Made by a program: the position numbers and the translations under genes. The notes under the pieces are model-generated. The model made no database searches. It was not told where the DNA came from and was given only the letters and a program-made list of their open reading frames with translations. Of a stretch of DNA of 64,000 nucleotides, positions 1-8,800 are shown piece after piece; the stretch's first letter is position 1, and every line of letters starts with the position of its first letter. Source of the stretch: Candidatus Multivoradales bacterium (GTDB taxonomy: Bacteria; Acidobacteriota; Thermoanaerobaculia; Multivoradales; JAHEKO01); assembly GCA_965223155.1 (NCBI GenBank), contig CBDCVR010000013.1, positions 1,024,001 through 1,088,000 of the forward strand. Direction: 5' to 3'.

Positions 1-2
1 GC

Positions 3-110
3 TTTGAGTTGCAGCGCCGTCGCCAGACGAATACCGGCAACTTCGACTGGGTCACCGAGACTCTGTCGCCACGTATCTTCCGTCTGGGCGTCCGCCTGAA
101 CTGGCGGTAA
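3..110 (+). CDS. 3' end of probable TonB-dependent receptor (partial)
   Basis: Frame from position 3 reads FELQRRRQTNTGNFDWVTETLSPRIFRLGVRLNWR*, a typical acidobacterial TBDR C-terminal beta-strand. A terminator follows. Confidence 0.7.
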   Translation, partial: FELQRRRQTNTGNFDWVTETLSPRIFRLGVRLNWR

Positions 111-133
111 GCCGAACCTCAATCCTGAGGTCC

Positions 134-165
134 AGGGCCGGGGGGTAACCCCCGGCCCTTTTTCT
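134..165 (+). terminator. Rho-independent terminator
   Basis: AGGGCCGGGGG-GTAA-CCCCCGGCCCT perfect stem followed by TTTTCT, just downstream of the stop at 110. Confidence 0.9.
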
Positions 166-237
166 TGCCTAGCCATCGGACGGGACAGACGCGAACGTTG
201 CCCGGACCTTCGGCCGGCAGGAACGCCGGAGGACGGC

Positions 238-385
238 GGCCGGCGGGAGCGCCGGGGGACGGCGGCCGCTAGGAGGCTTGCGAGGACTCGGCGTCCGCCT
301 GCACGCGGCTACGCGCAGACCACTGAGGGTTCCCGAACCTTGGTCCCGAGCGCTTGCCGCGAGCCCCCCGGACGTCCTGCCGGCC
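238..385 (-). repeat. Structured repeat element, copy A (same family as the 53.5-54.2 kb array)
   Basis: The reverse complement contains GGGGGCTCGCGGCAAGCGC...AGCCGCGTGCAGG...GTCCCC, the same blocks as the array units, inside a terminal inverted repeat. Confidence 0.8.
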
Positions 386-462
386 TCGAGCCTGAAGCGA
401 CCTGGCGTGATTGGCTTGGAACGACTGACAAGAAGGCTCCCCCCGCGAGGCGGCAGAGCTGA

Positions 463-623
463 GGCTGAGGAGCGGGCGGTGGTTGTGCGGGGCTCGGACC
501 GAGCGCCCAGAACCACGAACGGAGGCCCTCTCGAACCGGCGCGAAGGTCGGCGCAGGGCCGCGTCCACACTCCAGAGGCCTCCCAGCGCGGCCCGTCCCG
601 CACGGCACCGCCCGCTCCCAGCC
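463..623 (+). repeat. Structured repeat element, copy B
   Basis: Outer stem GGAGCGGGCGGTG/CACCGCCCGCTCC plus GTGCGGG/CCCGCAC. Core GGGGCTC..GAGCGC..GCAGGGCCGCG..CGCGGCCCGTCCC is shared with the array units. Confidence 0.75.
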
Positions 624-671
624 GACAACGAGGCGGGTGCTGGCATGGCTTGGGAGTATCCTGTCGCTTCG

Positions 672-1556
672 ATGCGCTACCTCAAGACCGTCTCGCTTCT
701 GGCCGCCGCCAGCGCGTTCTACCTCTTGATCGCGGGCTCCCAGGTCAATTCCTGGCAGGCGGCGCTCTCGGTGCCGGACTGGCCACTGTCGTACGGACAC
801 CTCCTGGCCCCTTCCTGGCCTGGCAACCTGTTCTACGAACAGCACCACCGAGCCACGGCGGCTTCGACGGTCGTGCTCTTTGCGCTGGTGCTGGTCGGAT
901 TGGCCCGGCGGCGGGAGCTGGCCGCCGCCCGGCGGCTCGGCTGGTGGGCAGCAGCAGCGCTGGCCGCTCAGACCCTGATGGGAGGCTTGATCGTTCTGAA
1001 GCTCAATCCACCGTGGCTCGGTGCCAGCCACGTGGTCCTCGCCATCGTCACGGTCGTCTTGATCGCGGTAACGGCCCTGCTCGTCTGGAGAGATCCGGTT
1101 CGAGAGGATCTTCCGGAGCCGCGGGACACCGGTCTCGAGCGCATCGAGCGAAGGGCTGCGCTCGGACTCGGCCTGCTCGGACTCCAGATCGCTCTCGGGT
1201 CGCTCGCCCGCCACCCCCCCGCCGGCGAGCTGGCGTTCATCGCGACCTTGCTCGCTCATCTCTTCGTGGGACTCGTCCTGATCGTCTGGACCTCGCTTGT
1301 GGGCCTGTCGGCGGGCCGCAGCCGGCGCATGGGCAGAGCTCGGGCTTGGGGCTGGGTGCTCGTGCTCGTCGCCGCACTCCAGCTCGCGGTCGGCGCTTGG
1401 GTGTTCGTGGTCGCCCCCGAGCCGTTCGCCGAGAGCTGGCCGCCGCCGTCCGGATTCCCGGCAGCCCACGCCCTTCACATCGTGCTGGCGGCGGCGCTCG
1501 CCACCGCGCTGGTCGCCGTCCGGATCGAGAGCCGCCAGCGGACTAGGGCGTGTTAA
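672..1556 (+). CDS. COX15/CtaA-family heme A synthase-like membrane protein
   Basis: About 8 TM segments, SVPDWPLSYG and EQHHR motifs, conserved His residues. The last codons come from the IS end. Start is uncertain (645 or 672). Confidence 0.7.
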   Translation: MRYLKTVSLLAAASAFYLLIAGSQVNSWQAALSVPDWPLSYGHLLAPSWPGNLFYEQHHRATAASTVVLFALVLVGLARRRELAAARRLGWWAAAALAAQTLMGGLIVLKLNPPWLGASHVVLAIVTVVLIAVTALLVWRDPVREDLPEPRDTGLERIERRAALGLGLLGLQIALGSLARHPPAGELAFIATLLAHLFVGLVLIVWTSLVGLSAGRSRRMGRARAWGWVLVLVAALQLAVGAWVFVVAPEPFAESWPPPSGFPAAHALHIVLAAALATALVAVRIESRQRTRAC

Positions 1557-2359
1557 CACTGTCGCAGTGCATCAGCGATGAGGGCGAAATGGATGAAGGC
1601 GATGTACATGACGTCGAGCTTCTCGAATCTGGAAAAGATGCGCCGGTAGCCTTTGAGCCGGCGAAAGAGCCGTTCGATCTCGTTGCGACGTTTGTAGAGG
1701 AGCCGGTCGTAGGCCCAGGGCCGAAGGCGAGTGCTCAAGGGTGGCACGACAGGGGTATAGCCGAGATTCAGAGCGAGTTGTCGGGTTTCGTTGCCTTCGT
1801 AGGCTCGGTCCATGACAAGCGCGATCGGTTGCTTCGGTCGGCCCAGGTCTTTCAGCAAGCATCGGCCGACGGGCGCATCGTGCGCTTGGCCGGGCGAGAG
1901 GCAGAAGGTGATGGCTGTTCGAGCATCTGCGGCAACCATATGAATCTTGGTGGTCCATCCACCGCGGGACTTTCCAATGGCCTGGGGGCCGTTTTTTTTA
2001 ATGCTCCCGTACCGTCGGGGTGAACCCGCACGATCGTGCTGTCAAGTGACACGGCCTCGATCTTGACTCGCACGATCTGCTCCTCTTGGAGCCGCGCGAA
2101 CACCCGATCCAACACGCCGTTCTTGGACCAACGGTTCATGCGAGTGTAGATCGTGTGCCAATTCCCGAATCGTTTCGGGAGCCCGCGCCACTTGCAGCCG
2201 TGTTCGGCAACGTAGAGAATTGCGTTCAGCACTTGAACATTCGGCACGCTGACGTTGCCTCGCTGCACTGGAAAGCAATCTGCAATGCGCTCGTACTGTT
2301 TCTCCGTGATTTCCATGCACGGAGCTTATACGATCCTAACCCTTAAGTGTTAACAGGCC
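1547..2359 (-). mobile_element. IS5-family insertion sequence (IS427-like), ~813 bp
   Basis: 14-bp terminal IRs GGCGTGTTAACACT / AGTGTTAACAGGCC (1 mismatch), flanked by CTAG at 1543-1546 and 2360-2363. GC is lower than in the flanks. Confidence 0.93.
1553..2316 (-). CDS. IS5-family transposase, two ORFs joined by a -1 frameshift
   Basis: OrfA (GCKWRGLPKRFGNWHTIYTR, SLDST) and OrfB (MDRAY, YKRRNEIERLFRRLK). An A8 run at 1992-1999 joins GALKK to NGPQAIGKSRGGWTTKIH. Confidence 0.92.
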
Positions 2360-3955
2360 CTAGCCGCCGAGAGCCCGCGCCATGAGGTTCCGCCTGGCGA
2401 TCGACGAAGCGGTCAGATAGCCCGACATCAAGGCTCCTACCACCCCACAGGTGGTCATGTCCTGGCCGGTCAGGTAGAGACCGCGGATCGGGGTCTCGGG
2501 CCGGAGCGTCCGGTCCGCGAAGCGCTCCGGTGTGTGCTCCAGGCCGTAGATCTCACCCCGCGCGTAGCCGGCGAAGTGGCGCGTGGAAAGCGGCGTTGAC
2601 ACTTCCATGTAGTCGATCTTGTCCCGGACTCCGGGCAAGGCGCCGTCGAGCCGATCCAGCATCCGGGCGGCAAGGGCCGCCTTGAGCTCTTCGTAGTCTG
2701 TGCCCCGCTCGCGCCACGGGGTCCCGCTCCAGCGCTCGAAGCGCTCCCAGGGAGCCAGGGTAATGAGCTCTATGGTGGCTCGGCCCGGATACTTGGCTTC
2801 GAACTCGGGGTCCTTGGCCGACGGGAACGAGGCGTAGACCAGCGGCAGCGGCGCCTCAGGATCCGCGACGAAGGCCGCGACCGAAGCGTCGTGGTCCGGC
2901 CCCGGATAGATCCAGAGGTTGTGCTTGGGCAGCCCCAGCTCGGCAGCGGTGTGGCGGAATCCCAGGTAGAGGCAGAGATGCCCAACGGAGGGCGGCCGTT
3001 GTTCCGCCCGCCGATCGAGGCCGAAGCCGGCCGCGGTCTCCGCATCCAGGAGAGACCGGTAGGTCGCGTGGACGCCGGCATCGCTGATGACGATCGGGGC
3101 ATGAAGCTCGCGCCCGTCGGTCATGCGAACGCCCACGGCACGGCGACCCTGAACCAGGACCCGCTCGACCTCGGCCTGGTAGAAGACCTCGCCGCCCGCT
3201 TGCTGGATGACGGGTGCGATAGCGGCGGCGATCCGGGACGACCCGCCCACCGGGTAGTAGCCCCCGTAGAGATAGTGCTTGGCCAGCATCGCCTGCATGG
3301 CGAACGAGCTCTGGGCCGGCGGCAGGCCGTAGTCGCCGAACTGGCCGGTCAGCACACCTTGGAGCTCGGCGCCGGCTCCCAGCTCGTCGAGCACCGTGCG
3401 AGTCGTACGCCCGGCCCAACGCAGGAACGGAGCCCGGAGGAAAGGCCCGGCGAGCCGCGCCACCAGCGGCGGCAGCGCCTTCTCGGCAAAGAACCGGTTC
3501 GAGCTCCGGGCGACCTGATCCATCAGCTCGAGATAGCGGTCGACGGCGCCAGTCTCCCGCGGAAAGTAGCCGTGCAGCCGGTCGCGGAAGGCGTCGCGGC
3601 CGGACACTAGATCGTACGTTCGCTCCCCGAGCAAGATGCGGTCGTAGAGCTCGCCCATCGGCGCCCATTCGAGGCTGCCGTCGGTAACCCAGTTGAGTAA
3701 CCGAAGCGTGGGCGACTTGGTGCTCCCCATGCCACCGACGTAGTGGACGCCGACGTCCCACTCGTAGCCGCGACGCCGGTAGACGTGGGTAAAGCCTCCC
3801 GGCATGTAGTGTCGCTCCAGCACCGCGACCCGCTTGCCGAGAGCCCGGCCCAGCACCGCCGCCGAAGCCAGGCCGCCCACACCGGAGCCGATGACCAGGA
3901 CGTCGAACTCCCGGTCGGGTGGCTTCTTGCGATAGCTCCTGCCGACTCGGATCAT
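2360..3955 (-). CDS. FAD-dependent oxidoreductase, phytoene desaturase/retinol saturase family
   Basis: GSGVGG Rossmann motif, GYEWDVGVHY, YPVGGSS, C-terminal GLYLTGQD. Confidence 0.85.
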   Translation of the reverse strand: MIRVGRSYRKKPPDREFDVLVIGSGVGGLASAAVLGRALGKRVAVLERHYMPGGFTHVYRRRGYEWDVGVHYVGGMGSTKSPTLRLLNWVTDGSLEWAPMGELYDRILLGERTYDLVSGRDAFRDRLHGYFPRETGAVDRYLELMDQVARSSNRFFAEKALPPLVARLAGPFLRAPFLRWAGRTTRTVLDELGAGAELQGVLTGQFGDYGLPPAQSSFAMQAMLAKHYLYGGYYPVGGSSRIAAAIAPVIQQAGGEVFYQAEVERVLVQGRRAVGVRMTDGRELHAPIVISDAGVHATYRSLLDAETAAGFGLDRRAEQRPPSVGHLCLYLGFRHTAAELGLPKHNLWIYPGPDHDASVAAFVADPEAPLPLVYASFPSAKDPEFEAKYPGRATIELITLAPWERFERWSGTPWRERGTDYEELKAALAARMLDRLDGALPGVRDKIDYMEVSTPLSTRHFAGYARGEIYGLEHTPERFADRTLRPETPIRGLYLTGQDMTTCGVVGALMSGYLTASSIARRNLMARALGG

Positions 3956-3964
3956 GGCTCGATC

Positions 3965-4774
3965 TTACCGATCTCGCAGGGCGTGCCGGCAGATCTCGAG
4001 ATTGATCGGAGTGTCGACGTCGAGACCCAGCTCGGGATCCGGCACCGTCAGAACTCTGGCCCGGATCCGGTAGCGGCGCCACAGGGCGCGCTCCAGACTC
4101 GGCACGGTCAGGCGTCCCAAGAGGTACCGGACCAGCAGTCCGATGCCGATGAGGCGGGCCTGACGAAGAGCGCTCTTCCGCTGCTCGGTCAGCGCGGCCA
4201 GGGACTCGCGAACCCGATCTGCCCGGCGCACGTCGAACACTCCGAAGTCGGCCGCGACGAACTCCCCTTCAGCCAGCCGCAGCCAGCTCTCGGAGACATC
4301 CGGGTAGCGGGACTCGAGGATCGCACGTGGCACCAGCCCGGCACAGACGTCGATCTCGGCGCCGGCTTCTTCGACCCGATCCAGAAAAGCTCGGAGCATC
4401 TCTCCGGTGACGAGAGGAATGTCCGACCAGCAGAACGCCACCCGCCGCGCCTCGGGATCGAGCTCCCGTACCGTGTCGATGGCCGCGAACAGATTTCCGG
4501 CAAGCGAGGTGTCGTGGCCAGTGGCGCTAGTAGAGCCAGCGGAGGCAGGCGAGCCGGCCACGGTCAGACCGCGCTCGAAGACCAGACCTTCGGACGAACC
4601 GAGCCCGGCCAGAACCACATGATCGATACGGCCGGAAGCCGCGAGAGCGTCCAGTACCCACTGCGCCATCGGCCGGCCCTCGAGCGGCAGCAACGCCTTC
4701 GGGAGACCCTGCGTTTCCTGAAAAAGCGGGGTACCGGGGACCGGAATCCCGCCGGCTAGAACAAGACAATGCAC
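3965..4774 (-). CDS. MobA-like NTP transferase family protein
   Basis: VLAGG...PKALLPLEGRPM and LGLDVDTP motifs. Confidence 0.75.
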   Translation of the reverse strand: MHCLVLAGGIPVPGTPLFQETQGLPKALLPLEGRPMAQWVLDALAASGRIDHVVLAGLGSSEGLVFERGLTVAGSPASAGSTSATGHDTSLAGNLFAAIDTVRELDPEARRVAFCWSDIPLVTGEMLRAFLDRVEEAGAEIDVCAGLVPRAILESRYPDVSESWLRLAEGEFVAADFGVFDVRRADRVRESLAALTEQRKSALRQARLIGIGLLVRYLLGRLTVPSLERALWRRYRIRARVLTVPDPELGLDVDTPINLEICRHALRDR

Positions 4775-4845
4775 CGTGGTTGAATACTAGGTGTTTCCGG
4801 CACGATTCCGGCAAACCTTTGTTCCCAACTACCGTATTAGTCTTC

Positions 4846-7104
4846 ATGCAACCACACCCGCGCCCGGCGCTCTCGGGAGCGCTTCTCGCCGTCCTCTGTC
4901 TCGCGGCCACGGCATCGCTCCAGGCGTTGCCGGAGGATCCCCCGTTTCACGTCCAACGCACCGCCAAGGAGATCAAGGTCGATGGCGTCCTCGGGGATCC
5001 GGGCTGGTCTGACGCCAAGCCCATCGAGACCTGGTTCGAGACCCGGCCCGGCGACAACCTGGAACCCAAGATCAAGAACGTCGGCTACCTGACCTACGAC
5101 GAGCAGTTCCTGTACGCGTCGTTCGAGTTTTTCGATCCCGAGCCGAAGCGCATCCGGGCGCCGCTGGCCAACCGGGACAACGTGCCCAGCTACACCGACT
5201 ACGGCGGCGTCCTGATCGACGCCAACAACGACGGCCGCACCGCCCAGATGTTCCTGGCCAATGCCCGGGGCATCCAGTACGACGCGATCTCGAGCGACGC
5301 CGCCGGGGAGGACTCGGCGCCCGATTTCTTCTGGGAGAGCGCCGCCAAGATCACCGACGCCGGTTGGGTGCTGGAGATGCGGATCCCGTTCTCATCGCTG
5401 CGCTACACCGAGAGCGACCCCGAACAGTGGCGAATCCTGCTCTACCGGAACCACCCCCGAGAGTTCCGGTACCAGTACTTCTCCTCGAAGCTCCCCCGCG
5501 ACTCCACCTGTTTCATCTGCAACTCCACTCCGCTCACCGGCCTGGGCGGCCTGCCCACGGGCAGTCACTGGGTCGCCGCCCCCTACGTCACCGGGGTCCA
5601 GACCTCCGAGCCGATCAGCGACGTCGGCACGCCGCTCGAATCCATGGACCCGACCTCGGAGGTCGGACTGGACGCGAAGTGGATCCCCAACCCCAACACG
5701 GTTGTGGACCTGACGCTCAACCCGGACTTCTCGCAGATCGAGGCGGACGTTCCGCTGATCTCGGCCAACGAGCGCTTCGCTCTGTTCTTTCCCGAAAAGC
5801 GGCCGTTTTTCCTCGAGGGGGCCGACCTCTTCGACACTCCGCTGACCGCCGTCTACACCCGCAGCTTCGCCTCGCCGCGCTGGGGCGTGCGCGCCACCGG
5901 AGAGTTCAAGGGCACGACCTACACCTTCCTGACCGGAGAGGACCGGGGCGGCGGCAGCGTCATCATCCCCGGCCGCCAGGGCTCGGGCCTGGCCGAGCAG
6001 AATCAGGAATCGCTCATCACCATGGGGCGGCTGCGCCAAAACTTCGGCCAGTCCTTCATGAGCTTCATCCTGACCGGACGGGAAAATGACGACGGCTCCT
6101 TCAACCGCGTTTTCGGCCCCGACTTTCGCTGGGAGCCGACCGACAAGGACGTCATCAGCGGACAGGTCCTGTTCTCGCAAAGCGAGACCCCGAACCTCCC
6201 GGACCTCGCCGACGAATGGGACGGGCGCGATCTCTCGGGCCACGCCGCCGAGCTCTGGTGGTACCGGCAGACCAAGACCTGGGACTACTTCGCGCTCTAC
6301 CAGGACCTGGCCGACGACTTCCGAGCCGACAACGGCTTCATCCCCCAAGTGGGCATCCGGCGCGGCTTCACCGAGCTGGGGCACAGCTTCTACCCCGAGG
6401 ACAAGCCCATCACCCGCCTGCGACTGTTCACCATGGCTTCGTACCGGGAAGACCGGGACGGGAAGCTCTTGTCCCAGTTTGTGATGCCCGGATTCGGCTT
6501 CGACGCCATCCTAAACTCCTTCGTACGCTTCGAGTTCCTGTTCGACGAGACGAGGTCCGGCGACACCCTGATCCGGCGCAATCAAATCCGGCCGCGGGTG
6601 CTGATCCGGCCCGGCGGGGTCCTCTCCCAGGTGCATCTCTTCGGCCGCTTCGGCGAGGACATCGACTTTGCCAACGATCGGCCCGCCGACGTCACGGCGC
6701 TGGGAGTCGACGTCAACATCCGGCCCACCGACCATCTCGAGCTCAACGTGCGCGGCGAGCAGCGGGCTCTCGACGTTACGACCGCAGCGGGACTCTCGGG
6801 CGAGCTCTTCAACGCCGAGGTGGCGCGCCTGCGCGGCACCTACACATTCAACGCCAAGAGCTGGCTGCGGCTGATCGGTCAGTGGCAACGCACCCAGCGC
6901 CAGCCCGATCTCTACAACGTTCCCGAGGACATTTCGCCCAAGTCGGAGAACTTCGGTGGTTCGGTGGTCTTCGCCTACAAGCTCAACTGGCAAACCGTGC
7001 TCTTCCTCGGCTACGGCGACGAGCGCCGGCTGGACGACTTCGACAGCCTGGAACCGGCCCGCGAAGAGATCTTCCTGAAGCTGTCCTACGCCTTCCAGCG
7101 CTAG
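4846..7104 (+). CDS. CBM9/DUF5916-domain outer-membrane protein
   Basis: Signal peptide, IKVDGVL, LEMRIPFSSLRY, LNPDFSQIEAD, FFPEKRPFFLEG, C-terminal FLKLSYAF. Confidence 0.8.
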   Translation: MQPHPRPALSGALLAVLCLAATASLQALPEDPPFHVQRTAKEIKVDGVLGDPGWSDAKPIETWFETRPGDNLEPKIKNVGYLTYDEQFLYASFEFFDPEPKRIRAPLANRDNVPSYTDYGGVLIDANNDGRTAQMFLANARGIQYDAISSDAAGEDSAPDFFWESAAKITDAGWVLEMRIPFSSLRYTESDPEQWRILLYRNHPREFRYQYFSSKLPRDSTCFICNSTPLTGLGGLPTGSHWVAAPYVTGVQTSEPISDVGTPLESMDPTSEVGLDAKWIPNPNTVVDLTLNPDFSQIEADVPLISANERFALFFPEKRPFFLEGADLFDTPLTAVYTRSFASPRWGVRATGEFKGTTYTFLTGEDRGGGSVIIPGRQGSGLAEQNQESLITMGRLRQNFGQSFMSFILTGRENDDGSFNRVFGPDFRWEPTDKDVISGQVLFSQSETPNLPDLADEWDGRDLSGHAAELWWYRQTKTWDYFALYQDLADDFRADNGFIPQVGIRRGFTELGHSFYPEDKPITRLRLFTMASYREDRDGKLLSQFVMPGFGFDAILNSFVRFEFLFDETRSGDTLIRRNQIRPRVLIRPGGVLSQVHLFGRFGEDIDFANDRPADVTALGVDVNIRPTDHLELNVRGEQRALDVTTAAGLSGELFNAEVARLRGTYTFNAKSWLRLIGQWQRTQRQPDLYNVPEDISPKSENFGGSVVFAYKLNWQTVLFLGYGDERRLDDFDSLEPAREEIFLKLSYAFQR

Positions 7105-7164
7105 CCAGCGGCTCCCACCGCGGCTCGGCCAGTCAGTCCCGAGCCGCGCCGGTACAATCCTCCG

Positions 7165-8487
7165 GTGGTCGAATTCCTGACGCTCTTCCTGGGTCTGGCC
7201 GCCGGCCCCTACGAGGTTGCCTTCGAAGCTTCGGAACCGGTGGCCGCGGTCGCCGTCACCCTCGACGGCAGGACCGTGGCCAAGCTGGAGGACGAGCCCT
7301 GGCGCGCTCAGGTGGACCTGGGAACGCTGCGGCCGCAGCAGCTCGGGGCGGTGGCCTACGACGCCAAGGGAGCGATTCTGGACACCGCCTATCAGAGCGT
7401 CAACGTGCCCCGCTCGGCGGCCGAGATCTCGGTCCTCCTCGAGCGCGACGGCGAGGCCCCGCCGGATCGGCTGTCCATCGCCTGGGAAAGCAGGGTCGGG
7501 GCGGACCCGGTCCGGATGTCGGTCCGGTTGGACGGCGTCGAGCTGGCGAGCGAAGTCGCCGGCTCGGTGCCGCTCCCGGCTCTCGACCCGAAGGGCTTCC
7601 ACCTGATCGACGTCACTCTCGTTTTTCCCGGCGGAGTGGTGGCAAGCACGACCACCGGCTTTGGCGGACCCTACCTGGACGTCGCCGACGCCGGACTCAC
7701 GGCCGCGCTGGTCGCCAGCGACGAAGACCTGGCCGATCGGGGCGGGCGCGACGATTGGCTGGATCAGGCGGGAGAGCCCGCCGAGATCGTGGAGGTCGAG
7801 CAAGGGCCGGCCGAGGTCGTCGTGGTCGCCGGCAACCCGGCGCGCCGGGCGATCGCGCGCATGCGTGGTATTCCTCGGACGCGAGGCGTGGGCCGCTTGC
7901 CCGGGATGCGCGAGGCGGCGATGCAGGTGCTTCATCGCTCGGCGAGGCTGACCGAGGGTGACCGGTTCCGGATGCTCATCCCGAGAGCCCGCCATGTTCC
8001 CGGAAAGCTCCTGACCAATGAGCTCTTCTGGGTGACGCCGCCGGTCAATTCCGAAGACGGCGGCATCCTCTGGCACCTGCTGAGCGAGATCGTAGCCGGC
8101 ACTAGAAACCAGGCCTTGCTGGCGGACGCGGTGGCGACGGCCGGCATCCAGGCAGCTACCGGCAACCGGCGGCGCGCGGTGGTTCTGGTCCTGGCGGAGA
8201 CGTCCCAAGACGCCGGCAGCCGCTTCGACCCGGCGACGGTTCGCGCTTTCCTGCGCCACCTTCAGGTGCCGCTGGTGGTGTGGCGAGTCGGCCCGAACGA
8301 CGCCTTCCACCAAGACTGGGGCCCCGGCGAGAGCTTCCGGTCGGTGCGCGGCCTGGAAGAGGCCGTCAGCAAGCTCCAGCAGGTTCTGGATCGCCAGTAC
8401 GTCGTCTGGCTGCGCGGCGCCCACCTGCCCAACTCGATCCGGCCGGCGGCCGGAGTCGATTTCCTCGATCTTGCGGGTTCAGGCTAA
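7165..8487 (+). CDS. Hypothetical protein (Ig-like N-terminus, degenerate VWA-like C-terminus)
   Basis: 440 aa ORF with coding-like codon bias. TACAAT lies 6 nt before the GTG start. Confidence 0.65.
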   Translation: MVEFLTLFLGLAAGPYEVAFEASEPVAAVAVTLDGRTVAKLEDEPWRAQVDLGTLRPQQLGAVAYDAKGAILDTAYQSVNVPRSAAEISVLLERDGEAPPDRLSIAWESRVGADPVRMSVRLDGVELASEVAGSVPLPALDPKGFHLIDVTLVFPGGVVASTTTGFGGPYLDVADAGLTAALVASDEDLADRGGRDDWLDQAGEPAEIVEVEQGPAEVVVVAGNPARRAIARMRGIPRTRGVGRLPGMREAAMQVLHRSARLTEGDRFRMLIPRARHVPGKLLTNELFWVTPPVNSEDGGILWHLLSEIVAGTRNQALLADAVATAGIQAATGNRRRAVVLVLAETSQDAGSRFDPATVRAFLRHLQVPLVVWRVGPNDAFHQDWGPGESFRSVRGLEEAVSKLQQVLDRQYVVWLRGAHLPNSIRPAAGVDFLDLAGSG

Positions 8488-8774
8488 CTGTCGATCAAGC
8501 GCGCCAAATCGAAGTCCTTGTCGGTCAGGGCGCCGGCCGAGTGGGTCGAAAGCGTCAGCGTGACCTTGCTGTAGCGCACGTCGATGTCGGGATGATGGTC
8601 GCGCTGCTCGGCTAGCTCGCACACCAGATTGACGAACGCGACCGAGGCCCGGAAGCTGGGGAACTCGTAGGTCTTGGTGATCGAGTCGCCGGAGCGCTCC
8701 CAGCCCCTCAAGCGCTCCAGCTCGAGCTGCAGGCGCTCCGACTTCATCGGCCTGCCGGATAGTTGGGACCCCAT
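8484..8774 (-). CDS. phhB: Pterin-4a-carbinolamine dehydratase
   Basis: AEQRDHHPDI and LSTHSAGALTDKDF motifs. Confidence 0.9.
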   Translation of the reverse strand: MGSQLSGRPMKSERLQLELERLRGWERSGDSITKTYEFPSFRASVAFVNLVCELAEQRDHHPDIDVRYSKVTLTLSTHSAGALTDKDFDLARLIDS

Positions 8775-8800
8775 GTCCGGAGGCTATCACCGGGTTCTTC

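Noticed and set aside
169-646. ORFs 169-603 and 269-646, and the N-terminal extension of 483-1556
   Set aside because: They overlap the structured repeat copies and have low-complexity translations.
1550-2023. 157 aa ORF antisense to the transposase
   Set aside because: A common antisense ORF of IS5 elements, with no independent evidence of function.
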